From NCBI GenBank assembly GCA_023515725.1, contig JALDTO010000164.1, positions 62,001 to 126,000 on the forward strand: a stretch of DNA of 64,000 nucleotides, read 5' to 3'. A program made the translations under genes and the position numbers. The DNA comes from Amoeboaphelidium protococcarum X5 (taxonomy: Eukaryota > Fungi > Aphelidiomycota). Below, piece after piece: positions 11,703 through 24,994 of this stretch (position 1 is the first letter of the stretch; each line of letters starts with the position of its first letter). The notes under the pieces were generated by a model. It saw nothing but the letters and a program-made list of their open reading frames with translations, searched no databases and had not been told where the DNA came from.

Positions 11703-12962
11703 ATGCTGCACCGAAGATTGATTAGAAGTATTAATCCTAAGAGGGGATATTTTGTACTGCCTGAAAGTGTACAAGAATTGTCTAGCACTATAAGGCAGTG
11801 GGCGGACAAGGAGTTGGCACCGATTGCGAAAGATGTTGATAAGAGAAATGCTTTCCCTCTGGAGATGTGGCCTTAGCTTGGCGAGCTGGGCACTTTGGGG
11901 ATCACTGCACCTGAGGCATATGGAGGTATGAACATGGGCTACCTTGCTCATGTTATCGCTATGAAAGATATAAGTAGAGCATCTGCATCTGTTGGTCTCT
12001 CTTACGGTGCGCATTCAAATCTCTGTGTGAATCAGTTGGTTAGAAATGGTAGTGAAGAGTAGAAGGAGAAGTATCTGCCCAAGTTGATATCCGGTGAGTA
12101 TGTTGGAGCATTGGCAATGAGTGAGCACTCGGCTGGTAGCGATGTTGTGTCCATGAAGTGTCGCGCTGAGAAGGTGCAGGGTGGATATAGATTGACTGGT
12201 AGCAAGTTTTGGATTACCAATGCACCGGATGCCAACGTTTTGATTGTCTACGCAAAGACTGATGTGCAAAAGAATCATATTACGGCATTCATTGTGGATG
12301 ATGATGTTAAAGAGGGATTTACGCGTGGTGAGAAGTTGGATAAGCTGGGTATGCGTGGGTCTAACACGGGAGAACTAATCTTTGATAACACCTTCATCCC
12401 GGAGAAGAATGTATTAGGCAAGGTGCACCAGGGTGTCTACGTTCTAATGTCCGGTCTGGATCTAGAACGTCTAGTGCTGAGTGGAGGACCACTGGGAATA
12501 ATGGAAGCCTGTCTTGACGCTGTGGTGCCTTACATCAACGAGAGAAAGCAGTTCAATAAGCCTATTGCTGACTTTCAGCTGGTGCAGGGTATAGTTGCAG
12601 ATATGTATACTAAGCTGAATGCCTCCAAGGCTTACGTGTATTCTGTCGCCCAGGCTGTGGATGATATGAAGGCGAGAGACGCGAGCGATGCTGGTACATC
12701 TGCTGCCACTACAGAGGCGGAGAATGTGGACAAGTACAAGCAGTTGAGAAAGGACTGTGCCGGAGTCATTTTATATTCTGCAGAGCGAGCGACTGAATGT
12801 GCCCTCTCTGCCATCCAATTGCTGGGTGGTAATGGCTACATTGAGGACTATCCAGTGGCCAGATTGCTGCGTGATGCAAAGCTATATGAGATTGGAGCAG
12901 GTACCTCTGAAGTTAGAAGAATGTTGATAGCGCGTGAGATGAACCAGGAATACAGACATTGA
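11703..12962 (+). CDS. IVD: Isovaleryl-CoA dehydrogenase, mitochondrial
   Basis: Arg-rich presequence MLHRRLIRS, then [51 protein letters not shown] and [17 protein letters not shown]. Two in-frame TAG are read as Gln. Confidence 0.95.
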
Positions 12963-13053
12963 ATTAAAAAATATATAGGAAGTCTCTTTGACTATAGTTG
13001 ATTAATTTTATTAACAGATTAATTTTATTAAGTATACTTCCTGTTGCAATAGA

Positions 13054-13602
13054 TCATTGACGATGCTAGTGCGGGTAGTTGAACATGGGTCTTGCCTGGT
13101 ATAGATTTTATGGAACAGCCTGTGCACTGACACCTTGCACCCCTGTACCCGACAACTATCCATGAACACTCGGCTATTATAATTACTACTATTATAGTTG
13201 TTATGCAGGCAGTTAATACTACTGCTATTATGTTGACTAAATCTAGAATTAATTCTACTACTACAACTATTACTATTACTACTAGGGAGGCTATGAAGAT
13301 TACAAATGACTCTGAGGATGAGGCATTGAAGGACGCGTCATTACAACACCACCACCACCAATATTGTTAATGTTACTATTAGCGAAAGGAGGAGACATTA
13401 AGGGCGGCGATTAGATAGGAGCAGGTGGAGGGCGATTTCTAGTCATCATATCGATTGCCTATTGAGCGTAGAATGAAGCAATCTTCGCATAATGATTACG
13501 GACCATGTCTCGATGTCTAAATCCAGCATTGTGATCTCGCCTAGCTTTCATAGAGTCATGAGTGAGATGTTTATCACAATAATCGCAATAGTACTTGGGC
13601 AT
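13054..13602 (-). CDS. SNRPC: U1 snRNP protein C
   Basis: MPKYYCDYCDKHLTHDSMKARRDHNAGFRH zinc finger followed by a Pro/Gln-rich tail. Ends CAA-TGA. Absent from the standard-code ORF track. Confidence 0.93.
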
Positions 13603-13844
13603 AATCGATTGAATAATCTAATTACAGGTAGTAAGTAACTCAACGGGTACGGGAGACAAAAAAAAACATGAATATTCTGAGAGCTATTTGATTCACCAAG
13701 AAATATCTGAAGCGTTTTCTCTTCATTTTCGCGTTTCGTTTATTCTTTTCTTTTTTCTTTTTGAACAACTGGCACGGGCACATATTTAAGCAATTCGATT
13801 TTTGATAGTCGATATATACATATAGTGCTTGGAAATAGCATATA

Positions 13845-16007
13845 ATGGACTCTCAGCGGTTGGAAGAGATATTATCGGATGATTTTGATGTTTCCAAGTT
13901 GACGATTCCCAATATAAAGAGTATCCTGCTGCACTTTGATGCTCTCCCTCAGAAGCAGTAGCTACCCAATGGCACACCTATGCGCAAGAATGATTATGTG
14001 CAGACATTTCGCTCTCAGATTCATGATAAAAGGCAGTAGTTGCGTAAAAAGTATTTAAATGTCAAAGGATCTGCTCGTGGAATTTAGGCGGTGAATGAGC
14101 GTGGTAGTCCGTAAGGCGCGCTTGAAGATGTAGAGTATCAGAAGGAGAATGTACGATCATCCACATCTTCAGTATCTAAATCTAGTAGTAACAGGAATAA
14201 GAAATAGTCTCCTTAGCAGACTGCTGCATCTGTAGATCCTTTTGACAATCCATTCTAGAGACGGCGTTCGCTCAACTATTAATCCATGCTTGCTGATGGT
14301 AGTAGTGATGATAATAACATTGTTGAGCACGCTGGCTATCAAGAACCACCCTCTGATGAGATTGAGGCTGGTGGCCGTGAGCGTGGCAGATCATCTTCTC
14401 TTAAAAAGAGAAAATCTTTGGGCAGAGTCGCTCAGAAGGAAACGAAAAACGATACAGTCTCCCCTGCTCAAGACGCTTCTGCTTAAATTTTTAAGGAGGA
14501 ACAAGATTATTCATCTGCGAATAACGTCAGAGGCAAGTCTCCATCGTCTGCGAGACGAAGAAGATCAAGTTCGCGTAAATCTGGACAAGGATTGCCTTTA
14601 AAGTTTATCAGCCCCACTATTCCATTTCCAATTGCCGGATATTCAGATGTAAGTGAGGTTCTGAAGAAAGCTTAGAAGGATGCTAATGTTGTACCTACTA
14701 TGAGCGGACGAAATAAGTTTGTCGTCTTGGCAAAGGTGGCGATTGTTATATTAAGTCTGGTAATTGCGCTGGCATCAGTTCACTTATAGCGCTGGAAGAA
14801 AGTTCCTTATTGCGCACCAGATAGTCCTAAGGAGACGTATACTTTCAGAACGTATAGAGGTATTCCGCTTACTTGGGAATTGCCTGAATGTAGACCTTGT
14901 CCTAACCATGGTGAGTGTCGCCCCCCTTTTGATCTGAAATGTGAGGCTGGATACTTGTTATATCCTCAAGAGCATGTCACACTGTTACAGGCTATCAATC
15001 CGCTGACTTATCTTCTTCCGCCTCGCTGTGTTGCTGATACTATGAAAGGTGAATATGTTGATAAAATGGTCTCTGATGTCGTGGCACTACTGGCAAATCA
15101 TGATGGTGCAGTGATTTGTGGTGAATCTGATGATGCTCAAGGAATGTCAGAGTCTACTCTTAAATCTTTGATGGAGAAAAAGTATACCAAGTTGAGTCAT
15201 GAGAGATTTTAAGTTTATTGGAATGCCACTCTTAATGAGACCTAAAAGGAATAGTAACAATTGCCTATCGAATTACGCGCTTCTGGCTTGGGGACTGTGT
15301 ACTTTTCTAGAGAACCTAACTATTCTCCCTTGTGCCGCATTACTATATTCATAAGAGATTCTATTGAGTACTTTAAGTATCATCTCGTTGCATCGTTGAT
15401 TGCGTTAATATCGCTTATCTTTGGTTACTACAGATACTTGTCTAGTGTTGCGTATTCTCAAATGGTTGAACATTATGTCGATGCTGTGAAGATGCTGTTG
15501 ATAGAGTAGGAAAAGTTGTTTAGAATCCATAAGACTGTAGATTCTGCCGCTTTATCGCAGTATCAACTGCGCGACTTTGTCCTCTCTAAAGACTTTCCAA
15601 AGTTGAAGGATCGTATGAAGGTGTGGCAGTCCGTAGTTGAGGCTTTAATGAACAAGTACGGTGGTGCGTTCGTGAGGGAATGTAACGCCGTTATTGAAGG
15701 AGAGGTGCATGATGGCCTCCAGTGGATTGGCGGTGGAGTGTTGAATGAACATCATTTCACTGGTGGAACCACTAATAATAGTGGTGACTTTGCTTCTGAT
15801 CGCGGACGATCTACAAGTAGAACTCCTAAGCAGGATTATTATCACTAGGATTAGTATCATGATTAGAGTGCTGCTTCTTATCACTCTTCTACTTATGGCG
15901 ATACTAATGGATAAGACTTCGATGACTATAACAGACGTCACTCTACTCAGTAACAATAACAGTCGTACTATGGATCTGTCAATGGCGTTTACCCAACATT
16001 GGAATGA
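13845..16007 (+). CDS. Inner nuclear membrane HEH/LEM-MSC protein (Src1/Heh1/MAN1 family)
   Basis: N-terminal HEH domain (DFDVSKLTIPNIKSILL...VKGSARGI), two TM segments, luminal CRPCPNHGEC...PPRCVAD, and a C-terminal MSC domain (QLRDFVL...W..V...GEVHDGLQWIG). Confidence 0.88.
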
Positions 16008-16298
16008 ATTAAGAATGATAATAACTGAATGAACTCTATAATACAGTAACCTTAATTGACTATAATTTTTCAGGTTTAATCAAATAGTGTAGTCATTGGT
16101 CGTTAGTAGATACGAACTGGTAGAGATCGTTCCCATGACAACATGCATGAACGAGTTTGGCTTCTTTCATGATGGTGTTGGCATGGTGAATACAATTAAT
16201 GATGATTTTGCATTGGTAAATAGCTCATTGCAAATATACTTTGACTATATTTATTTTATTTATTTTTGATAGTGTTAACAAAATAACTGATATTAATA

Positions 16299-19200
16299 AT
16301 GAATACTGATGAATTTCTGGCCAAGTACAGTGTCCCTAGTCCGTTGAAGTTCAAACGAGAATCGTCGAGAGCATCGCTATTATCCCACCCGTCCAATATA
16401 GACACTTGGCTACTTAGAAGTACACCAATTTAGGAGAATGTAGTTTTCTCTCCAGCAAGTGATAATGATTTCGCGCTGCCACCTCCACTATCTGCGTCTC
16501 CTAGAATTTAATAACCAAGCTTTGCTTATTCTTACCAGTCATCAACCGCAATATCTGCGCTGCGTAAAAGAGATACCACCATGTTTGAAATACCTTTCAC
16601 GGTGGCTGAGAAAGTTCTTGCCGATCCTGATACTGTGCCCCCTCCTGAACCGCTTAGTCCTGTAAAGATTCAAGAGTACAGACTCTCTCGTATGATGCCA
16701 CAAGATCTACAGGTGTCCACGAAGTAATTGATGTTATATCCTGATCCACCAAAGTCACCTCTGCCGCAGCCTTTGACTGAGTAGCCTCAGTTGTTAATCG
16801 TGAAATCTGCAGTTTTGTCTTCGCAGTTGTCCTCTTAGAATTCATTGAATACTTCGCAGCGCGATGCAATTACCGCTGCTGTATCCAAGTTGTCATTGCC
16901 TGATGATGGCGCTGATGCGTATAGCACACAGTTGAGCACGAGAACTGTGACATAGGGAAACTTTTATAGCTATGATGCCAATTTGAGTAGTATGGGGTTG
17001 GAAGTTGACCGATCAGCCACTCACTACTATGACTTCAATGATAATGCTCCGGATGATGAGCCTTTGCCTTTAGTGACTGCAAAGAAGTCTTCTACGCCAG
17101 TGGCTGAGAGTTAATTTCAAGATGCTGATACTCTCTTTAAGCCGTAGAATGGTGTTATTGCTACTCAAGATCAGATTTACGTGTACTCGAATGAAGGTGT
17201 CCCCTGCTTATTGTGCGGAATAAGTGACTCCACTTCAGTGGGAGAAATTGTTGCCAAGTGGGTCAGTGCTTAGATGGCAAAGTCTACTGATAGAGGCGGT
17301 GATTAGGAGACTGAAATTCCGATACTAGCTCAAGATTACGGTCTTGTTATCTTGTAGAAAGATCAACTGAATAAGGTTGTTGATTTCATCGATGAGACCA
17401 AGTAGTATGGAAGCCTGACTCCAGAGTCTGTTGATGATTTGCTTATTATTCGACGCCGTTCACCTCAACTGTTTAATGTGAAGGTATAGTTTCCTGATAA
17501 TCAGCATTTGTATGTGTAAAGTTCTCTGTTCACTACCACGGAGCAATTGGCGAGAGATCTTGTGAATTAAGTAGTCAGCTCTGGTAATGATGAGATGTAA
17601 GCTTTCATCTATGACCACGTACCTGAAGATGTTATTGAAAATCCAAGTGCTGTTGTTAAGTAATTGGGTATTTGGAGGCTATCGCTAGATTCTAGCGAAT
17701 AAGTTACTGGGTTTTTAAAGATGGACGAGACACCATTCACGCCTTTAGATTCTCAGATTCGATACATTTTGAAGCCTATAGGAGCCGACAGTAGTATTGA
17801 TGATGTAGTGGGCAGTGCAGATTAAGATGAGAATTGTGTGTATAGAGTTTATCTATCAACGGGGTAGTATAGAGGAGTTGTGGCTGCCAGTCAAACGTCT
17901 GCAAGTGATCTTTTTAGCGCCTTTTGTAAAAGTTTAAAGATTTAGAATGGATTAGGGTAGTCGTTCTAGTGGTCACTTGCTTTCATAGATCGCGTCACAG
18001 ACTAAATCTCTGAGATTAATCAGCAGTCAGTGTTTGCTGAAATCGTTAATAACGATGGCTAAAAACATTTGTGTCTTGTCAGAGATGAATAAGGCTTCCA
18101 ATCTCAAGGTAGAGCATGCGTGATCACTTACCATGAGGTTGAGCGCGTATTCTTTGAATGTGCCTCTAATGCTGTAGCAGACCAGTTTGCGGGTGCTATT
18201 TTAGAAGAACTTGCCTCGCTGGATGACATTAAGAGTGCACTGCTTAGCTATGCGTAATCCATGTCGACTGGCCTGGTTGAGTCTGACGATACTTCAAGTC
18301 ACAATGATTAATCAGTTTAGAATTCTAATAGTGTCCAGATGCCTTCTACCATTACATCTAGTGCAACGAACGTGACTTCAAAGCGTACCTCTGTTATCGC
18401 GTAAGCTTTATCAGGTCAAGACAGTGATTTGATTAAGGACAAGTTGCGAAAGATCTATAGAAATTCTTCTATGGCGTCTAACTTCTCAGACTTGAAGCCA
18501 CTTGAAGCAGATACAGGTAAATCTAGCAGGTCTGGCGGATCTGGTGGTATATCCGCGCAATAAGATTAAGATGCGAAGAGGCTGAATAAATTAATATCTG
18601 TTCTTGGTCTGCAGGATGAGTAAGATTTGGTAAAGTATTTGCTAGAAAGTAATAACCCAGTGGGTAGTAGCGATAAAAGTAAATAGAAAGTGGTGTAACT
18701 ATTGGGCCTCAATGATCCTGGTACATTCCGCAGTAGGAGAACTGCAGGTGTAATTTCGTAAAGTTCTTTCATGAAAGGTGGCAAGTCGAGTAGTAAGAAG
18801 GGTGGAAAGAGCGGACAATCTTCACCCAAAGTGGAGTCTAAAAAGCACAAAACAAGCCTTCGTGTTGGAGGAGCTGTTACTGCGGATGAATAGATACAGA
18901 GTTCTAGTTCCAAGCCTACAGTTGTCAATAACCAGTTCTATGCTCGTATCTATCTGACTAATCAGACATACAAGAGTTTGAATTTGCATAAAGACGCACT
19001 AGTGTAAGACGTCATCTTATTGCTTATTGAGAGATTGAATATTAAGGATGATTATGAGCAGTATACGCTTGTCCAAGATGATGGTGCAACTCAAAAGGTT
19101 TTGCAAGCAACTTAGAAGGTGTTAGACGTTCTAAATTCGTAGAGTAATGGCAGCATTATAGTTTTCAAGAAGAATAAAACTGTTCAAAGATCTTCATTGG

Positions 19201-20807
19201 AGTCTTTGACATCTCTCATGTCCACATCATCCAAAGATAGGCCGGATATGCGTAAGTCTGTTGTGTTCAATAGACGTGCTGCTAAAGTTGCTAATATTCT
19301 GGGAGTCAATGACAAGAAGGATCAGTTTAATTCAGAAAATCCTGCTGTGAAGGACATTGTTCACATTTTGAAGACATCATCAGTAGTCAAGGAGCGTAAA
19401 GTTGAAATCGAATCTATTACAAAGGAAGGATGGTTGGTGCTGGAAAATGGTAAAGATGGCGTAAAGCCAAAAAATAAGAGCCTTTGGTGCTATATTGAGA
19501 ATAGCAAGTTTATTGTTACCGAGAAGTCTGCCTCTAAAGAGACTATTTAAGTACTCAATTTACTTTTGAGTGATTACTTCATTCAGAAAGGCTAGTAGGG
19601 AAGGTATTGCATTGAAGTTGTATCCAAAATTAATGCCGCTGATGTGCATATATTTTACGCAGACTCGGCATCTGCTTGTGATGGATGGATAACGGCTTTA
19701 ACGGAGGCTACTAAACGTAAGTCTGCTGGAGTAACTAGTCCGTCTTAGAAGTCTAAAGAGCAAGCTGTGTCAATGGATGATTTTCAAGTGCATAAAGTTT
19801 TAGGACGTGGTAAGTTTGGTAAAGTGCTATTGTGTCAGAAGAAGTCCAATGGTCAGATTTATGCTATCAAAGTTGTTAAAAAGTCTGGTATCAGAGATTC
19901 TAGAGAGATTCTGAACAACAAGACTGAGAATTAAATTTTGCGTGCCATCAGACATCCATTCATTGTTGGATTGCATTATGCTTTCTAAACTGATACTCGA
20001 CTCTACCTGGTGTTGGAGTATGTGAATGGAGGAGAGCTATTTTTCCATATTAGCAATTTTGGTAGATTTTCTGAGGAGAGAGTTAAATTTTATACTGCTG
20101 AGCTTTCTCTGGCGCTCTAGTCCCTGCACGGTAAAGGCATTTTGTACCGTGATCTGAAACTGGAAAATATTCTGCTGGATCGTGATGGCCACGTTAAGTT
20201 GACCGACTTCGGTCTGAGTAAGGTCAACTCTGATGGAGTAGATAATGCTGATGGTGGTGGCGGTGATGATGATGATAGCATCATTGCCGGCACCTTTGAG
20301 TATTTGGCACCCGAAATTATTGGCGGTCTAACGGGCAGTTACGCGGCTGATTGGTGGGCACTGGGTGTTGTCATGTTTGAGATGCTCTGCGGCTATCATC
20401 CGTTCTACTGTGAGGATCGTGATGAATTGTGTCAGAGAATTATGTACATGAAAATAGAATACCCTCAGTACGTGTCTGCTGATGCGCGTGATGCTTTACA
20501 TAGACTTCTGCACCGGGATCCTAACAAGAGATTATGCTGCGGGTCGAAAGGTGCCATTGAGTTGTAGAAACACAAGTTCTTCAGTTCAATTGACTTTGAC
20601 TTGCTGTTTAAGAAGGAGCTGCCTGTTCCATTCAGACCAGAAGTCAATGATGATCTAGATGTGAAGTATTTCGATGATGACTTTCTCCAGCAGGACATTG
20701 GCGACACTCCAGACAGCGTCAATTCCTATCTTGCCCAGCGGCCTGGAGTGTTTCAAGAATTTGGTTTCAATCAGGACGCGCTCTCAATCAGATCAAAGAA
20801 GGCTTGA
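16299..20807 (+). CDS. Large AGC-family (Akt/PKB-like) Ser/Thr kinase with Ras-association-like domains and a PH domain, about 1500 aa
   Basis: RA-like segments ([14 protein letters not shown]; [15 protein letters not shown]...LIERLNI), PH (KEGWL...[17 protein letters not shown]), kinase ([33 protein letters not shown]) and an AGC tail (PFRPEV...YFD...FQEFGF). The track fragments share one frame; the N-terminal third was only partly scanned for TGA. Confidence 0.88.
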
Positions 20808-21200
20808 AATTTAGTCGTTCTTGATGATAGTTAGCTCTGATTACCAGCCCTTAGTTTAATGATGACTTGAATAAATATTGCAAACTTGTAACTACCATCT
20901 TGACCTTTGTTATGGCTCTTTTCGGTTTTAAACTCACCAGTGATGATGACTCCTAGATGATGAATCACCAATCAAATCTGTCACTCACGATCGCCCTCAC
21001 AAATCTTGTGTCTCGCAGACTAAGTCAATCTCACACACGCGCGTAAGAGGAGTGAATGAGTGAGTGAACAAATGTTGATGCGACATTTCCATTACGATTT
21101 TCATCATTTTTTTAGTTTTTTTATCCCTGAAATATAAATCCCATCAACTGTTGACAGCAAAAAATTACATTATCATCCAATTTTAGAAAGTCGTAATTTT

Positions 21201-23822
21201 ATGAACATCTTTGAGATTATAGAGAACGGTACTACACCTCAAGTCGCATCACTGACAGTGGACAGTGGTGTCTAGCTGGTCGGTATTCTCACAACTCTGG
21301 CTATTGTGCTTGTTGTGGCCACTGCTCTTCTAGCCATATTTGAATTTCTGCGTCATCGTCTACCCACTATTTATTGTGCGAAACCACATTATGTAAATGA
21401 TTATGGATTAAAGCCAGTCAGAATGGGAATATTTGGATGGCTTATATCCGTTATACGACAGAAAGATGATGGGCTGGATAGTATAATCGGATCCGATCAA
21501 TACCTGCATCTAATGATGATGAAATATGGTGCCATGTTTTACGTGATAATGGTGTTTATCACCTTTATTATTGTCATTCCTTCCAATAAATCTGGCGCCA
21601 TGGGACTGGATGATCTCCAGGGATTATCCATGTCCAACATACGGACTGGTTAGTCGATCCTGTGGGTTCATTACGTCGTGTCTGTGATTGTAGTCTCATT
21701 AGGATGTGGATATATGTTTCTAATTCACCAGTAATTCCTTAGCGTCTATAGAAGATTTCTAGTGCGCAAATACAATTCTAATAGACGCGATTCTAGGACT
21801 GTACTTCTTAAGCATCTCGACCGCGGTCTCCGAGATGAGGTGCGCCTTAGAGCTTATATCGAGTAGTTGGGCATCGGTGAAGCGGAAGAAGTTAATGTGC
21901 ATAAGAGATACGGTGCCGTGAGGAGATCAATGCGTAGACGCGATGCAACAACTCGAAGGTTGGAAGGTGCTTATTTCACCTTCTTCCTCAACATGCTGGA
22001 TGTTAATGGGTAGATATTAAAGATTACATAGGAGAAGTTCTAGTATATTAAAAGTAAATTCCCTATAAAGTAGTTTGTTTAAGATGTTCTCGAGGATCAG
22101 TCTATTTTGAATCAAGTTGACCCGCAGTATGTTCCACTTGTTCGCAAAGGTGTTCCCTGTATAAATTAGCGCTAATTAAATGCTTTATCTTATTATCAAG
22201 GTCAGAAAGAAAGGGCTGAGCAGGATCTTAATCACATTAGACAGGTCTAGAAGCTGGATGCCAGGTGCTCCACTAATGCGTTTGTCACTTTTAAGACGGC
22301 CAAGTAAGCTATACTTGCATCCTAAGTAAAATTTGGTCTCTAGTCTACTATCAAAGCATCTATGGCTCCGGAACCGCGCGATATACTATGGCCTAGTCTG
22401 GATGCACAGACGCAATTAAAGGATGGCCGTCGGCTCCTTATTCTGATTCTCTCTATCTTGATTATTATCTTTTGGTTTGTACCGCTGGCATTCATAACTT
22501 CTCTGATCAGTTTGAATTATTTGTCTGTGCTCATACCTGGATTCGAGGAGTTTGTGAACAGATCGCAATTTCTTCGCAGTTTGATAACAAGTGTCCTACC
22601 TCCATTGCTGGTGAATATTCTGATGCAACTTCTCCCCATGCTTCTCTGGTTTGTCACCGGGCTGTAGAAACCAATGACGTTTAGTAACTGGATGGAGAGT
22701 GCAATGAAGAGATACTATGGTTTCCTGGTGATAAATGTTTTGATATTCGTCAGTCTCGGCACCACCTTTCTGACATCTCTGTCCGTTATACTGAACAATC
22801 CTGCTCGGATTATACCGATACTCGGTGTTGCATTGCCAGCCGCCTCCGGGTTCTTTATCAATTATATTGTGCTCACTTTCAGTGGATTCGCCTTATAACT
22901 CCTATAGCCACCTAAACTTTGGAGTTTCTTCATCTGGCCGTTCCTGAAAACTCCTCGCTAGAAATCCACCAAGCATATGCCACTCCTCCCCGTACTGATA
23001 TTTATGGTCCCCATGGAGGCTTTGATATTCACCATTGCCTACGTGTATAGTGTGATTGCTCCTTTGATCACTATCTTTGCCGCCGCCTCTATGGCTCTAA
23101 AGTACCTATCATACAAGCACTAGTACATGTACGTATTCGATCCCGTGTATGAAGACGGTGGTCGCTGGTGGTTAAGTGCGCGATACTTCTTCTGCACTGC
23201 CATATGCATATTCATCATCACCATGTGTGGTATATTTGCTCTCAAGTAGGCGTACGTTTAAGCTGGTCTTATGCTGCCTCTTTTTGCGCTTGTGATTGCC
23301 ATTATGCGACACACTAATTATCCTCGACATAAAATTCCGCTAGATATATTCACTTTTAAGTAGGATTGTATCTCCACTTAATCTTAACATGAATAGGAGA
23401 AGAAGACTTAGGATCAAGTGTAGAAAGATGTGGAGAGCGGAGAGCCAATCCAATCTAACAACACCACCAAAGCGGCTGAGAATGTTGATCTCCTATTGGA
23501 TGCTCAAGAAGGTCACACTAGCGCCGATAGTATGCTCACCTCGATCAAGTAATACTATAACACCTCCATCAATGATCGATATATCGACCCGTGTATGTAC
23601 AAGGATATAAAGTTGTGGCTCCCTGATGTGTTGATGCCTTTAGCTGATGCGGAAATTAATTGGAATCTGTGCGGTAAATCCTTGGACAGCAGTAACACGT
23701 TAAGCTCTGATGTCAAATCCGATCCTGCTGATGGTAATGATGATGATGCCGGTAGTAGAGGTGGTGATTTAGGTGACCATAATATGAGAACTGCGAACAC
23801 TAGTGCAGAAACTTTAGTCTGA
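21201..23822 (+). CDS. OSCA/TMEM63/CSC1 (RSN1-type) calcium-permeable channel
   Basis: IFEFLRHRLPTIY, GIFGWL, LSMSNI, AFVTF, APEPRDILW, FFINYI, YSVIAPLI and YEDGGRWW motifs with many TM helices. Confidence 0.92.
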
Positions 23823-24047
23823 TGAAGTCGATTTTACCACAATTTCTATAATTATCGCACTATGATTTGTAATTGAAATTAGTAATTGTTAAAACTATTT
23901 TTAATAAAAATTGTATTTCACATACATGGCCACTTTATTACTCTCCTTCTTAGTCTTCTCATTAAATAAACCCATTCGATCACAAGTATCTCTTAGCCAT
24001 AATCAAATCAGAATTAAATTCAATGAGAGCAAAAGCAGAATAAAATC

Positions 24048-24638
24048 TCATAGAGCCATCAAAGCACCAACTGCTCCAGCGACTATAATAACGAGAGCTA
24101 GACTAGTCCACAGGATGATATTGAACGGGACCACGTAATCATTATAAGAACAAGCAAGACCGGTATATCCAGGCTGACACTGACATTGATAGCACTAAGA
24201 GATGGAATTCTATGAACAACTACCATGACTAGAGCAATTACCCGTATAAGATGAACATGAACTCTCTGATTTGAAGCAGAAATTGGACGAGTTTTTAGTA
24301 TATCCATCGAATGCTCCAAATCGCACTTACTACTACTATTACTATTACTATGAAGATGGAGGCGATCCACCAGAAGAGGAATTGTCAGATTATTACTCTT
24401 ACAAGCCAGACTCTGCTCGCTTATACACAGCGCCATTATATTATTACTACTACTATTATTGATTTCCATTATCCTTCTACTCGGTAGCGTACAGAGATTA
24501 CAGAAGAGCAGAGTGATTAGCCCGACGATCAGTAATTCGCAACTGCTAATAATCACTCAGGTCAGAGTCCATGGCAGCCAACACCACAAGTCCCAACACA
24601 CTGAATATTGCTACTAATTGTACTAATATTCTCAACAT
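24048..24638 (-). CDS. Secreted or membrane-anchored EGF-like protein (DUF3844/Vps3844 C-terminal type) with poly-Gln tracts
   Basis: Signal peptide MLRILVQLVAIFSVLGLVVLA, then CFKSESSCSSYTGNCSSHGSC...CQCQPGYTGLACSYNDY followed by a C-terminal TM helix. Confidence 0.78.
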
Positions 24639-24994
24639 TTTCTAGACAGTCGCTTTATACAGGCAAAGTACAACTAAGAGTTAGAGATGAACCTTATGGA
24701 TTTTGCAATAGTAAAGACTAAAGAAAGAAGAAGGAGCGGGTCAAGTCTCTCTCAGTTCTCATTCTCTCTCTCTTTCTCTTTCTCTTGGTTCTTTTTTGTT
24801 ATCTTCCACTCACTCACTCAGAACGAACGAACGAATGAACGCGTCTCATTTCTCTCTCTTACAATTCTTCTTCTATTTGGGCGTGCTTTTCCTGAGCCAT
24901 TACAGGTCTTTCATTTCCATATCACTTACTCACTGATTGACTAACAAGTGCATATACATTCTAAATTATAAATACTGGAAAAAGTTGTGTAATA

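Noticed and set aside
24271-24462. Poly-Tyr ORF in the supplied track, and similar antisense ORFs such as 32067-32531, 41335-41895 and 60805-61287
   Set aside because: These are antisense shadows of real genes on the other strand.
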